From positions 61,876,001-61,940,000 of the forward strand of contig OX597823.1 of the NCBI GenBank assembly GCA_951406725.2: DNA of 64,000 nucleotides. Reading direction: 5' to 3'. Origin of the DNA: Octopus vulgaris. Its lineage: Eukaryota. Position numbers and translations under genes: made by a program. Each line of letters opens with the position of its first letter. Position 1 is the first letter of the stretch. The notes under the pieces are model-generated. The model searched no databases. It was not told where the DNA came from and saw nothing but the letters and a program-made list of their open reading frames with translations. Shown one piece after another: positions 13,225 to 26,369 of this stretch.

Positions 13225-13600
13225 GGAGGTGCAATGGCCCAGTGGTTAGGGCAGCGGACACGCGGTTGTAGGATCATGGTTTCAATTCCCAGACCGGGCG
13301 TTGTGAGTGTTTATTGACTGAAAACACCTAAAGTTCCACGAGGCTCCGGCAGGGGATGGTGATGAACTCTGCTGTACTCTTTCACCACAACTTTCTCTGA
13401 CTCTTTCTTCTTGTTTCTGTTGTACCTGTATTTGAAAGAGTCCAGCCTTGTCACACTCTGTGTTAAGCTGAATCCCCAACAGAACTACGTTAAGGGTACA
13501 CATGTCTGTGGAGTACTCAGCCACCTGCACGCTAATTTCACGAGTAGGCTGTTCTGTTGATCGGATCACTGGAACCCTCGTCGTTGTAACCGATGGAGTG
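13225..13600 (+). mobile_element. tRNA-derived SINE inserted into another SINE
   Basis: ggaggtgcaatggcccagtggttagg (A box)...ggtttcaattccc (B box); flanked by a repeated tataaggattctgt (~13211-13224 and ~13605-13618), a likely TSD. Confidence 0.75.
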
Positions 13601-15167
13601 CTCTTATAAGGATTCTGTCAGCTCACCACCTTTTGTTTCAAATTTTGTCACAATTACAGGGAAGTGGGATAAGTTGATTTTATCAATTCCTGTATTTGAC
13701 TGGTATATTATTTTATCAACCCTGAAAGGATTAAAGGTAACGTTGACATCAGTGGAATTTGAACTCAGAACATAAAGAGCTGGAAGAAATGCCACTGATT
13801 ATTTTGTCTGGCATACTAACAATTCTGTTGACACACCACTTTCAGGCTCATTAACATTATGTGCCATTCCCAGTGATTGCTACATAAAAAAAAAGGAAGA
13901 GTAGCAACAACACTTCTCTCACTGACTATTTTTAATAAAGTTACAAACCTGTTTCATAGGGATTTCAAAGTTACAATCTTGTTTGTGAAGAATTTCATTT
14001 AGTTTGGAAACTTCATTTAGCATTTCACTTCAATACTGCAGTCTTTTTACCAATTCAAAAGCTGAGTAAAAAAAAAATCCATCAATCTCCATTTTGCTTT
14101 ATCTCTTAGTGATATTTTCTTTTCTTTTTTTTTTCATTCTATTTTTTTCTTTTTTTTTTAAATTTAATTTTCTGAAGTGATTAATCAATCAAGTGTTGCA
14201 GGTCTTCCTCATAGTTATCAGAAACTCTTTGTTGTTATTGACTGATTTCTGGAAGTTCTTTGGCTTCTGATTGGTCCTATTTCTCAGCACTCAAGTTATC
14301 AAACAACATTCTATGTATAGTTTGGCACTAAATTGGCAGGACTGCAAAAGTGATAACTAGAATGAGTTGTGGTATTTATTAAGGTTCCCTGTCTTGCGAG
14401 TTCAAGTCCTACTATGGTTAGCTTTGCCCTTCTTTCTTATTGGATCAATAAATAAAATACTAACCAAAAGGTAACAAAGCTCTTTCGCCCTCCAGGTGTC
14501 ATATCTTGGAAGTTTTACTGGATAAAGAGGGCTGTCTTTCTGCCTGGGACTATGTGGACACCTGAAATCATTAGTGAAACCATGGTACTTGATGATACCA
14601 AGTCAATAATCCCAATAGCAAGTGATGGGCATATACATATATTCATACATACATGCATACATAATGCATGCATGCATGCATACATACATACATAAAGATG
14701 TATTCAAATATGAATAGGAAGCAGCACAAGGGATATAAACAGTATCAAATACACATACACAAGATATGTACTTTGCCAGTTCGTGGGCAGGCTGCACTTA
14801 TAGGCTAAGAGGGGATTATAGGCAAAATATACTCACTTACACCTATAATCATTGCCTGCCCACGATCAGGCAAAACACACACCTTACATATGTGTGTTTG
14901 GTATTGTGAGGCACTTCACCACCATCTCTCTCCTACTCTCTCCTTGCACTTTTGCTGTCTCCCACTCTCATTCTCTTTCTTTTCCTTTGCCCTTCCCTCT
15001 GGTTGGTTAGCCATGTATCTCCTCGACAGCAGCACATGTTTCTGCCCTCATTTTTTATCACACTATCTCTCTCTGTCTTCTTCGCTTGCTCTTCCCTCTT
15101 TCTTGTTACTTTCTCTCCCTCTCTTTCACTCTCTCTTTTTCTCTCTCTCTTCCTTTTTCTTTCTCTT

Positions 15168-15207
<40 letters not shown>

Positions 15208-16018
15208 GGTAACTATGTACCACCTCTGTAGCAAGAGGTGGTACATAGTCTCTCTGTCTGTCCGTCACACTTTTACCTTTCATGATCTGACACAAGATTA
15301 TCTTCTCCAATGTCTCCTTGTCTCTCACAATTCCTTGTCTTGCAAGTTATTTGGTGACCTTTCCAGTGCTGGTGCCATGCAAAAAGCACTCAGTCTGCTC
15401 TGCAGGGTGGTTGGTGTTAGGAAAGGCATCCAGCCATAAAAACCATGCCAAAACAGACACAGTAGCTTGGTGTAGTCTTCTACCTGGCCATCTCCTGTCA
15501 AACCTGTCCAACCCATGCCAATATAGAAAGCAGATGTTAAATGATGATGATGATGATGTACAGTATAAGTATATATGTATATATATATGCACACAATATA
15601 TATATATAACACACACAATAAATAAATAACAAATGCGCCCTTTTAAAGCCTAGCCTGGCTCATGAGCCCAGTTTCCTGGTGTCTATGGTGTATGTATTCC
15701 CCAGCTAGATGGGACGCCAGTCCATCACAGCATTACTCATTTTTGCCAGCTGAGTGGACTGGAGCAACGTGAAATGCACAAGAGCACAACGCGTCGCCCA
15801 GTCCAGGAATCGAAACCACTATCTTACGATCATGATGCTGACACCCTAAACACTAAGCCACGCGCCTCCACTAACACACACAATATATATACATACACAC
15901 ACACACAATATATATATATATATATACATATATATATACACACATTTATTTAAATATATATATGTATATATATACACAATAAATATACATATATATATAC
16001 ATATACATATATATATAC

Positions 16019-16087
<69 letters not shown>

Positions 16088-16149
16088 CATATATATACTT
16101 TGTTAAAAAGCAGCAAAGATATCACAATAAAAAACCCACACACAAGCAA

Positions 16150-16531
16150 TATCTCAAAATTTTTATAAAAAAACGCAGGATTTTATCCAAAGAATGAGAT
16201 GGAAAGCCTTCTTCTATGATACAAAGTATAAATCTAATGGAAACAAATATGGCCTCAAATCTTCTAAAATTCCAACACCTATTTCGGAATTAGAAGCCTT
16301 TGAAAAAGACTTTTCTGTGATTATTAGAAGAATTAAATTACACAAATTCACCAACCAGCTCCAGCGAGATATGAACGAAAAAATTCGAGACATAAAGAAC
16401 TCGGATAAGATCTTCATAGACTCCAACAAGACAAAAACTTATACGCGGTTGACAAAAATGTTTATAAATGTCTACTTTCAAACAGCATCACAGACACCTA
16501 CAAAGAAGATAACACAAATTTTGCAAACAAC
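16150..16531 (+). pseudogene. Penelope-like element (Naiad-type) ORF, N-terminal half, interrupted
   Basis: [40 protein letters not shown], then frameshift to ..ITDTYKEDNTNFANN; motifs typical of PLE pre-RT region (the ADKT equivalent). Confidence 0.8.
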
Positions 16532-18935
16532 TTGCACATGCAAGTGCCAATAGTCAAGAACTCCACATACCGGAAGCTAGCAAGTGACATCAGGAAAGAA
16601 TGTGCACTGTTTCAGGGCCTACCACTCAACGGCATCAATGCACACCATCCCCCCTCACTGATATGAGGCCCCGCTTGCTAGACCAACTGCTTATCAACTA
16701 TAGCTCAATATTCTTCTAGCCATCGCTCATCATCACTTTTTAACCAAATCCAGTTGCTAGCCTTTTCCACTGTAGTCTGGATATCGGTCATGGTGATATT
16801 TACTTTACAATGGGTTAGGCCTAAAGATAACAGCAGTTGTCTCACACTGTGTCCAGCAAACCCTCTACATCCGACTTCTATTGGAAAATGCTCCACTTTC
16901 CAGCCTGCATCTTCACATTCCTTGAGGAGGTTTACATAATGGTCAATCTTTCAAACCCAAACGGCATCCATGTTATCTTCATGAAGAACCATTAACTCGA
17001 CTAGATTCAAAACTTTCTTTCCTTCACACCACATTAAAATGTTCAGTTTTTCCATAACTGGGATGGAAAAGATTCCCTGGCACCTTGGTAAATCTGCAGT
17101 CACCACCCAATAGCCATTCCGCTTTTCATCGCTCACAGGATGTTTGTTGTACTTCTTGAAACAGATCCGCTGTTCTGAGCACACAAAGGTAATAAAATCT
17201 CTAGTTGGTACTTTCAATGGATTTTTTTAACTGTTGTTGAGATCAATTTGGTTCTTTATAGCATTGAAGATAACCTTAAGGACCAGATTGTGTCTCCATC
17301 TATACCTGTTCAATGCTAATGAACAGTTGGAAAGAATATGTTTCAGTGTTCCGACTTTTCATCATTTTCATATATCATTCTATGAGATGTTCCATCTTAC
17401 TAGACTGGCAAGTGATGGCAAAACATAATAGGATGAACGAATCAGTAAACTTGGCTGAGATGTGGTCCACCTCCATATCTCATCCCAACTTATTTTCCTC
17501 TCAACAATATGTTCCTCCCATTTCATCATCTGTCCTTGTTGAATACATTGGATAAAATGAAGCCCTCTTCTTTCTACTTCCCTTGTTTTGACACTGTTGC
17601 TAACAACAGATCTGCATTTGCTCTGCATCATACTTGCAAATGGTCTGAACTGATCTGTGCCCAAACCAAGTCCCTTCTGATGATTTTGCATTGCACTCAC
17701 CATATCTCGGTGTGTAAGAGAAGACAAGATGTCATCAGTCTCTGCTTCTGCATTCCACTTCCTGGCTGTTTTCACCTCTAGTGGATTATGCCTGATTTCC
17801 ATGTCCTTTGACTCTCTCAGCATCATCACCGTTTGTACTTTCCCCAGTTCATATATTTCAACTGTTGACGCCAGTGATAACTGCAACGAGCCTCTTTTAC
17901 GATAAAGAGCTGAACTGTTCAACATTCAAGGTAGGCCTAGCCACTTTCTAATGAACACATTACATTTTTGTTCAATGATCTGAACTTGTGACAATGCTAC
18001 CTTGTATATTAAAAGTGGCCACAAAAGTCACAGATACAAGCTGAACAGTAAGCACCAAATTTTATATTTACCTAGTAACTGAGTTATCAATCGCTGATAA
18101 TCCAACATTGGCTTGTCTCATAATTTCCATTCTGCAACTCCTATCTGACAATGTTCCAGTATATACTCACCCCAAGCTCTTTTGGAATGCTTTCTTCAGC
18201 TAATCAAAACTTTAATTTTTTCTACACTCCCTTAACAACTGTCAGACTACATGACTTTTTGGCTCTAAACTGCTTCCTTGACCACCTCACAAGCTTGTCT
18301 AGTCTCAAGAGGGCATTCTGCATGAGTTGCTTATCTGTAGATAAAAGTGTCATGTCATCCATGAAGTCTTTCTTAGGTGATTATTTATGGGTGATTTGTT
18401 CCCAAAAATTCAAAATCATCTCCATGACTAAGATAAACCACATGACAGATATTGCACAGCCAGTGGCAATGCCAATCTCCAATCGGTGCCAATCTGTTGT
18501 AGAATCTCCAGCTGTAAACCTCATCTTAAAACTGTCATAATACATCTTCATTATTTTGGTTACATTGTCTGGAATGTGGAAGTGGTCCATAGCTCTCATC
18601 AGTAATTTGTGTGGCGCTGAGCCATATGCATTAGCTAGGTCAAGCCATACCACATTCAGATTTTCTTTGTTCTGCTTGGCATCCTGAATCGCTTTCCAAA
18701 TCAAAAAATAATGCTCAGCACATCCAAGGATTCCAGCCTTTTGAACTGATTCATCAACATATTCACTACTCTGTATATAAGCCACTGTTCTCCTTGAAAG
18801 ATTTCCCATAAAGATCTTGCCTTCCACATTCAATAAGGATATCGGCCTAAACTGTTTTATAGTCTCTGCATTGGCTCCTTTTGGCAGGTATATGCCTTCT
18901 GCCTTACACCAATCCTCTACTAGAGTCTCTTCAAG
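16532..18935 (-). mobile_element. 5'-truncated, decayed RLE-type LINE, HERO-like
   Basis: RT: WCKAEGIYLPK..QFRPISLLNVEGKIF..VVWLDLANAYGSAPH..GIATGCAIS..FMDD (18352-18366); later ELMVLHE..MDA and PIEVGCRGF..VEKASNWIWLK of the RLE domain; stop at 16705-16707; many frameshifts. Confidence 0.85.
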
Positions 18936-19430
18936 GTGAATTTGGAGGCAAAAAGAATTGCTAACTATCTTAAAATCAGTGATAGGATAAAATACCTCCT
19001 TCCACATCAACCCTTTATTACTCTGAAAGACCACAAAGCTAATTTCAATAGAATCCCTAAATGTAAATTAATTAACCCAGCTAAAACTGAAATAGGCATC
19101 ATTAGAAAATATATTTTAGATCGTATTTTAAGCAAGTTAAATAGAGAATTAAATTTACAGATTTGGGAAAATAGCAAGTCAGTGATAGATTGGTTCAAAC
19201 GAATTAGCCATAAGCATAACTGCAAATTTATGCAGTTCAATATTGTCAATTTTTACCCATCAATATCTAGGCCTTTACTTCTAAAAGCATTAGATTTCCC
19301 CTAGAGGTATGGCATCATCAATAGCTCGGAAATAGATATTATCCTGCAAGCAAGGAAATCCCTTCTTTTTTACAATGATTCCATCTGGGTCAAAAAGAGT
19401 GAGGACTCTCTATTCAATGTATGAACAGGA
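18936..19430 (+). pseudogene. Penelope-like element ORF, continuation (RT motifs)
   Basis: VNLEAKRIA..FITLKDHKANF..CKLINPAKTEIG..VIDWFK..FMQFNIVNFYPSIS..ALDF..ARKSLLFYNDSIWVKK; continues the frame broken at 16531. Confidence 0.85.
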
Positions 19431-19761
19431 AGAATAGAGTCAATACTAGCAATAATATAAATACTAATGGTAAATTTTGATTCATGGAGGGGCAAAGTTG
19501 GGAACAAAAACAGGACAGTGGAGACATATGTATACATATATGTATGTGTGTGTGTCTGTGTCTGTGTTTGTACCCCCACTATCACTTGACAACCGATGTT
19601 GCTGTGTTTACATCCCCGTAATTTAGCCACTTGGCAAAACACACCAATAGAATAAGTACTAGGCTTAAGAAGAATAAATCTTGGAGTTGATTTCTTCGAC
19701 TAAAAGTGGTGCTCCAGCATGGCCGCAGTCATATGACCAAAACAAGTAAAACAATAAAAGA

Positions 19762-19804
19762 CTATGCCATTTTAACCCCGAGCAATGCCGGATATCTCTG
19801 CTAG
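19762..19804 (+). mobile_element. Helitron 3' terminus
   Basis: GC-rich hairpin ccgagcaatgccgg ~10 nt upstream of CTAG (19801-19804) followed by T. Confidence 0.6.
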
Positions 19805-19819
19805 TTAATAATAAATTAG

Positions 19820-21560
19820 ATCTTAGGGTGTCATGTGTTCATAGGATTACCCATACCTTTAGATAATTTAGAAGCAGGTAATTAATAATTACATCATACC
19901 ATATTTTTGGTGACATAGGTTATTCAAGGTGCCATATCATTCATAGCTTACTCTCTTTGATGTTGAAACATATTCAATAATGCATTCTAGTGACCATTAA
20001 CCCCTTTGATCTATAAACTTCTAATAATTACAATATGTACTTTACTCTTCCCATCGTTGAATCTCTTTTATCATGGTTAATATAAAATATATTTATTTTT
20101 TCTAATGGATTCTTAAAATTCGCACCTCCCCTAAATATATAAATATACCCTCTAAGATCTGTTATTCGATCAGTTTCTTTGATGTACTTTAGATATATCT
20201 TATAAATCCATTTCCAAAGGTAATTTTATCTCTGTTAAAACTGGGTATATTTATATTTTATTCTATCTTGTATTAATAATAATTCTTCTGGTTATAACTT
20301 TTTCTATATACCAATAACTTTATAAATAAATTTTTCATTTTGTTTTATCTTATATCCTTCTTTATATCTTTTTATACCTTTTTATATCATCTTTTCATAC
20401 GTTTTTATGAAAGAATTATTTAAAATTTTTTCTTATATCTTATAAATTTTTATACTTTACACTTTTTATGCTTTATGCCTTTATATACCCTTTTATATAT
20501 TTTCAGGGTTTATATATTTTTAATTAGGCATTATATCTTATAAATTCTTGTAATTGATTTTTTATTATTTTATATGTTTATGCCTGTATATATTATTTAT
20601 TATATATTCTTATGCCTTTTTTTTTTATATATTTTTATAATTCTTAAATCTTATAAATTTGTGACAATTTATACTGTTTTCATAAAATTCACTGTATGCT
20701 GTAATCTTATATTATTATTTTTTTAATTATATATTATATTCATTATGTGATTATAGGACTAACTTTGTTTAAATCTTGTATCTGAATGCACTACTTCATA
20801 TTTTTATATCTCTTATTTACTTACCCTATGCATTAAATCTCATTTCTTATTATATCCTATCTTTACCCATCCATATTTGGACAGGAATGGTTTTAATATC
20901 AGTTTAATGTATACTATAAGTATCTATTTATATTATAAATAATTCCATTATACATTCATCATGTAATATTTTACCAGGATATCCTATTCACTACATTTAC
21001 GAAAAGTCTTAATATTTCTCTTATATCTTAAAGTATCCCCTTATCAAAATTTTAAGTGTAACTTCTATCTTTCATCTATATATATTTAGTTATATTTTGC
21101 TTTAACATTATAAATATACTAGGTTACAATGTGCTCCCACCCTTATTCTCTGAAATTATCTTCCACCCCTAATTTCTAGTACTTATTCCTATCTTTCTTT
21201 TTTCCAATTATCACCCCTTCCTCATCAGGCATTCTCTTTTTTATTACTCCAAGCCTTACCCTTTGGTGTAGACAAAGCTGGATATAAGGTTCCAGTACTT
21301 AGATAGTCTAGTAGGTTGTCATGATATTAATTAATTTATCACCTTTGTCTAGAATATAGCTACAACTCACAACAGATTTAATTTTGGATGATTGAAGACT
21401 ACATTCCCCTCTATTGTCTTCGAAGTGTTGGTAACTAGGTCACTACTCTCAATTACCCACCCCCCATCATTATAACCTCTACTAACCTCTAAATTCTTGT
21501 AGGATCAACACTTCATAGACTATTTTCTAAATTCATTCTGCCAAAGTAATAGCAGCAGAA
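19820..21560 (-). pseudogene. Highly decayed 5' part of an L1/Tx1-like LINE (ORF1 gag-like, then start of APE endonuclease)
   Basis: Minus-strand fragments LKPFLSKYG (ORF1-like), repeated ggcataa (G-H-K, knuckle-like), IIRSL*IKGVN (APE N-terminal SLNxxG motif) and SKGMG-IL (xRGVAIL-like); many stops. Confidence 0.4.
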
Positions 21561-21643
21561 TCAGTGTAAATACTTGAGCTCCAGTTGGTGATATGGATAT
21601 ATTAAAGCAGTTGGTCAGCCCTTTGTGTTTGAAGTCTATGTAG

Positions 21644-21708
21644 TCATCTGACAAAAACAGTTTGTTTCATTAATCAATTAAAGGAGTTGCTTGAAACGGC
21701 CATAATGA
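21644..21708 (+). ncRNA. Degenerate minimal type I hammerhead ribozyme (Penelope pLTR-type)
   Basis: tcat-CTGACAA(core CUGACGA, CpG-decayed)...GAAA-cggcca-TA-atga; stem I tcat/atga, near-palindromic stem III. Confidence 0.45.
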
Positions 21709-22369
21709 ACTGAGACCTGTACATCTTTATTACTCATTTATCATATATATATATATATATATATAACAGGCTCTGTCGTCATTAGATAGCGTATGAGAGT
21801 TCAACAATTTCTTACTGATTTGTTTATTGTGATCAAATATTTGTGTAGACATAAGCTCACTCCCGCCATCAAATCGACATTACCTGTACAGGTGCAACTG
21901 GGTCCCACATGTCAGATGTCAAAATGGTCGCTGAGCAACGTGAAATGAAGTGCTTTGCTGAAGAACACAATGCAACGCCTGCTTTCAGAATCAGACCCAC
22001 AATTTCACAATCATGAGTGCAATGCCCTAACCAATAAGCCATGCGCCTTCATGCATATATATGTGTGTGTGTATGCAGGGGGCATGGGTTTGTGGTTAGG
22101 AAGTTGCACTCATGATCATAGGATTGTGGTTTTGATAGCTGGAGAGGGCAAAGAATTGAGATCTTGAGAAAAACACTTCATTTCATGTTACTCCAGTCCA
22201 CTCAGCTGGCAAAAAAATGTGTAATCCTGCAATGGACTGATGTCCCATCCAAAGGGAATATTTACACCACAGAATCCAGAAAACTGGTCTTATATAGCCA
22301 ATGGCTCAGGATGGACCTTTGATCCCTTTATATGTGTATGTGTATATATATATATATATATATATACAT

Positions 22370-22414
<45 letters not shown>

Positions 22415-22605
22415 TGAATGAATTATCCTATGTTTATCGTCAGCATGGAAAATTCGTTGAACCGAAACCAGGGTAGCAAATTCATGTCAGAAACACGGTT
22501 GAAGCGACCTGTCCAAGGGTAGAAACTCCGGGTTCATGTCCAGAAATTTGTGTGTTGTATATGAATAAATGAAAGAATGGAGTCAAACGGAGATGTTAAC
22601 AAAAT

Positions 22606-22699
22606 TCCTTTACTCTCGACATATGTTTCGAAGACAACATGGTTTCATTCCAAAGGAATAAAGGGTGCATTATGCAATTTTCTCATCAGGAAAGAAAGG
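22606..22699 (-). ncRNA. Type I hammerhead ribozyme, apparently intact, within a Penelope-type pLTR (~22413-22760)
   Basis: Minus strand: CCTTT-CTTTC-CTGATGA-GAAAATTGCAT...ATGTTGTCTTC-GAAA-CATATG-TC/GAGAG-T-AAAGG. All conserved core nucleotides present; stem I CTTTC/GAGAG extended past a 1-nt bulge; palindromic stem III ACATATGT; GUC cleavage after position 22618. Confidence 0.8.
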
Positions 22700-22836
22700 G
22701 AGCCTCTCTCGACAAGACAAACAAAAATTTCGATGACTGCTTACATGGTAAACAAAACGATAATGAGTGTTATATATATATATATTTCTTTTGTATTTGG
22801 TTTGCAAGATTTTTTATGTGATTTCATGTGTCTGGA

Positions 22837-23057
22837 GAGAGTCATTCCCTTTTAGTGTCTTATTACTCACCAGTTCAATATCCATTCATTTAGTTACATA
22901 TTTTTTCTAAAATTTTCGTTCCATCTTGCAACCTCTTGAATAGTCTGAAGAGGTTGCAAGATACAACAAAAATTTTAGAAAATATAAATAAGTAAATTAG
23001 TGGATATTGAACTGGTGAGTGTGTTAAGTAATAAAGCACTAAAAGAGAATGACTCTC
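22837..23057. repeat. ~110-bp-arm palindrome (inverted pLTR-like junction) with decayed HHR-like core at the centre
   Basis: gagagtcattc...atcttgcaacctctt|gaatagtct|gaagaggttgcaagat...gaatgactctc; CTGAAGA-ggttg-caagata-caac-aAAAA resembles CUGANGA-stemII-GAAA. Confidence 0.65.
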
Positions 23058-23070
23058 CTCAGATGTAATA

Positions 23071-23163
<93 letters not shown>

Positions 23164-23635
23164 GTTGGAGGGAGGGAGAGAGAGATCTGAGATTTGGTGA
23201 AACAAACTGGAAAAATAGAACTCTGACACAAGGCCAGGAAGCATTAATAAGAAGGGAACAGTCTATTATTCTAATCCTAGTGTTTTACATATTCTTTATT
23301 TTATCACTAAAGGATGAAAAGCAAAGCTGACTACAACAGAATTTGAACTCTGAACGTAAGGAGCCATAACTAAATACTGCAAAGTATTTTGTCCAATTCT
23401 CTAATGATTCTGCTACGCTGTGCACATTATTAATATCTTACATAGGCACAAAGCCTCAAAATTAGATGAAATGTGTAGTCAGTTATATCAACCTCAGAAG
23501 GTTAAAAGACAGAACCAACCTCAACAAGATATGAACTCAGAACAGAAAGAGCTGAAAGATTACTATTAATAGAAGGCATTTTGTTTGTGGTTCTTCAATT
23601 TTTGCAAATCCACTGATATAACATTAGCAATAGTA

Positions 23636-23730
<95 letters not shown>

Positions 23731-23974
23731 TGATAATTTCTTACATAAGTATGAGATCAGAAATTTGGTGGGTGCGGACAGTCATTTAAATTGACCCAAG
23801 TACATGAATGAAATATATTTTATCTCCCTTGGGAGGATGAAAGGCCAATTGATCATGATGGAAATTGAATTCAGGATGTAAGGAACTAGAATAAACATCA
23901 CAAGATATTTTGGGGGGATACTCTACCAGTTCTATCAAAAACTTTCCAGAGAAACATAGACCATAACATATTTG

Positions 23975-24597
23975 AAAGAATGGCAAAGTGACCATATTCT
24001 GAGTAACATGTGAATCAGCATATCCAAGACTATGATCAAAGCTAAATCGCATAGTCAGAAATATTAAGGAAAATCATTCAAATATTATTGGGAAAGACCA
24101 TTGGGGAAAGGAAAGTGTCCCAATCAATGTACCAATTCTATGGATGACATCATATCTCTAAAAGAAATAGAGAAACTATCCAACTACAAAGACATAGAAA
24201 TAAAGACATCCAGAGTGTGGAGATTAAAAACTGAATCAGCCTTATAATAGGTGCTTTATGAATGATGAAAAGAGATGCAGATAAATATATATATGTCAAA
24301 GCTTAGGAGTGGCATACATTCACATACAACATACAGAATATTGAGCCAATGAGGGATACTCTATGTGGTCACTTGATCTGCTAAAAACAAGCAGCAAAAA
24401 TGCTCTTTCAGATTACACCTCACTGTCTTGCACAAAGAAAGGTCCTAGTCCTAAAACAGCAGAGTGGTCATAGCTGCTGCTTTTGATCATACATTTGCTT
24501 GATTACCTTGATCTTAGGGTTAAACAACAACATCATACAAAAAAATAGCATTACCAGGTACTGAACTTGCATTCAAAGTACTTTCGAAACAGTATAA
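23975..24597 (+). pseudogene. Old, interrupted RLE-domain fragment of an R4/Dong-like LINE
   Basis: NGKVTIF*, DDIISLKEIEKLSNYKDIEIKTSRVWRLKT, IIGAL*MMKRDADKYI, then after an ~200-bp insertion IIQKIALPGT..KVLS; parallels the 945..1538 protein. Confidence 0.7.
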
Positions 24598-24656
24598 CAT
24601 AGGAAGAAAGCAAAACTCTGAAGGGTTCCAAGGCCCACAGTACTGTATTGTAGAAT

Positions 24657-25335
24657 CAGTGGCGGCTCATATATAGGCACAGTGGAATTACAGCATTCCC
24701 TCTTTCCACTTGATATTATTAATAACATTTGATATAATGAGTCCTTTTTTCTGTAATTCTTTCCTTATTCTTGTAAATTATATAATCCTTAAGCTTAATG
24801 TCAGTAGCCATCCCCTTGTTTATGAAAAAAATACAAAAATCCTTGTATAGAACTGTTCGCTTCAGAGTTCCAGCGATGGAGTGTTTGGCTGTTGTGCGCA
24901 TGCTCACATGTCCGAGATTGGAAGCTTCATGCTAGGGAGAAACAGCACTGTTGTTCATGCAGTGCCAGGTGAAAGGTAGTGTTTCCTTTTGACTATGCTT
25001 GTGTTGTGCTTAAATGTTGAATGTGATAAAGTGTAGAATTAGATTATTATCCTGCTTCCAGCTTCAGTGTTGCTGCCAGGATTTGAAAAATAGAGCAGAT
25101 TTTCCCCAATTATTTTGTGATTTAGGGAGGATTTTTGAAAAACAAGGGGGAATTCGAGGCAGTGTTCAGTGAACAAATTAAACACACTACCCAGCAGTGG
25201 CTAAACTGCAAACCAATCAAGTTTATGTATAAATGTTCTTTTTATATGTTTGTTTCCTTTTACACAATATTAAAACAATGGCTAAAAATTTTCTGAAGCA
25301 GCACCCCCACTAATTTTATCTGCGAGCCACCACTA
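24657..25335. mobile_element. Non-autonomous hAT element
   Basis: TIRs cagtggcggctc / gagccaccacta; 8-bp TSD tgtagaat (24649-24656) vs tgtacaat (25336-25343). Confidence 0.75.
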
Positions 25336-25594
25336 TGTACAATGAAAGTAAGGGTAAAGAGTAAAGACTTCCTTTCATCATAAATGACCTTGAGATTGCA
25401 CCTAGAAAGTTACCCTCCAAGGCGCAAGTCCGGGTAAGGTTGTTTATGGAAGACAGCAGTTGCCCATGCATACCAGACTACCCTCTCCACACCACCAATG
25501 TTGTCCAAGGAAAAGGCAAAGGCCAATACAGCTTGGACCCAATGATGTCACAACTCATTTCTACAAGGGAGTGAAGTGGAACATGAAATAAAGT

Positions 25595-26337
25595 TCTATA
25601 TTTAAAAGACGAGGAATTATTTACATTATTTACATTTGATGGATATTTGTCCTCAACTTGTTTGTTGCTAACACATTTCAGCTGATATGCCCGCCAGCCT
25701 TCTTCAGGTGTCTTACGGAAAATTCGAACCTGGGTTCTCATTCCTAAGGTATTTTTCAATGTTATTATTATGATTATTATTATGATTATTATTTTTTTTT
25801 TTTCTTCTTTCAAATTTTCTTCCGTTTCTTGCCGAGTGTCTTCCCGACTCCTAGGGCAAAGAAACTCATAGTGTATATTGGTAGGCCATTAAACCAAACT
25901 CAGTAGTTCGTTTTTTTTTTTTTTAAATTTTTTTTTTTAAAGTTAAATTAAAATACATGAGCAGCAACAGTTCTCACATCGACAATGCTCTTCTCAATAC
26001 GTGTGATGTACCAGTTAAGACAATATTTTGCACTTCTTGCAGGGATGGTAAGCCAGGGATCATTCTCATATAATTTTCGGTTCCCTTCTTGATCATTCCT
26101 AGTGCTCCTATGATCACTGGTATTGTAACCGCCTTGAGATGCCACATTTTCTCAATTTCAATGAGTAGGTCTTTATATTTTCTGAGCTTGTCAAACTCTT
26201 TCGCTGAGATATTATGATCACAGGGGATGCTCATGTCGATCAATAAGCAAACTTTATTGTTTTGGTCTTTCACAACAATATCTGGTTTATTGGCCTTGAT
26301 GGTTCGGTCTGTATGTACTGGAAAGTCCCACAGAATG

Positions 26338-26369
<32 letters not shown>

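Noticed and set aside
14772-14874. 21-bp-arm hairpin as structured ncRNA (similar case at 35070-35165)
   Set aside because: No recognisable RNA family motif; most likely small MITE or repeat remnants
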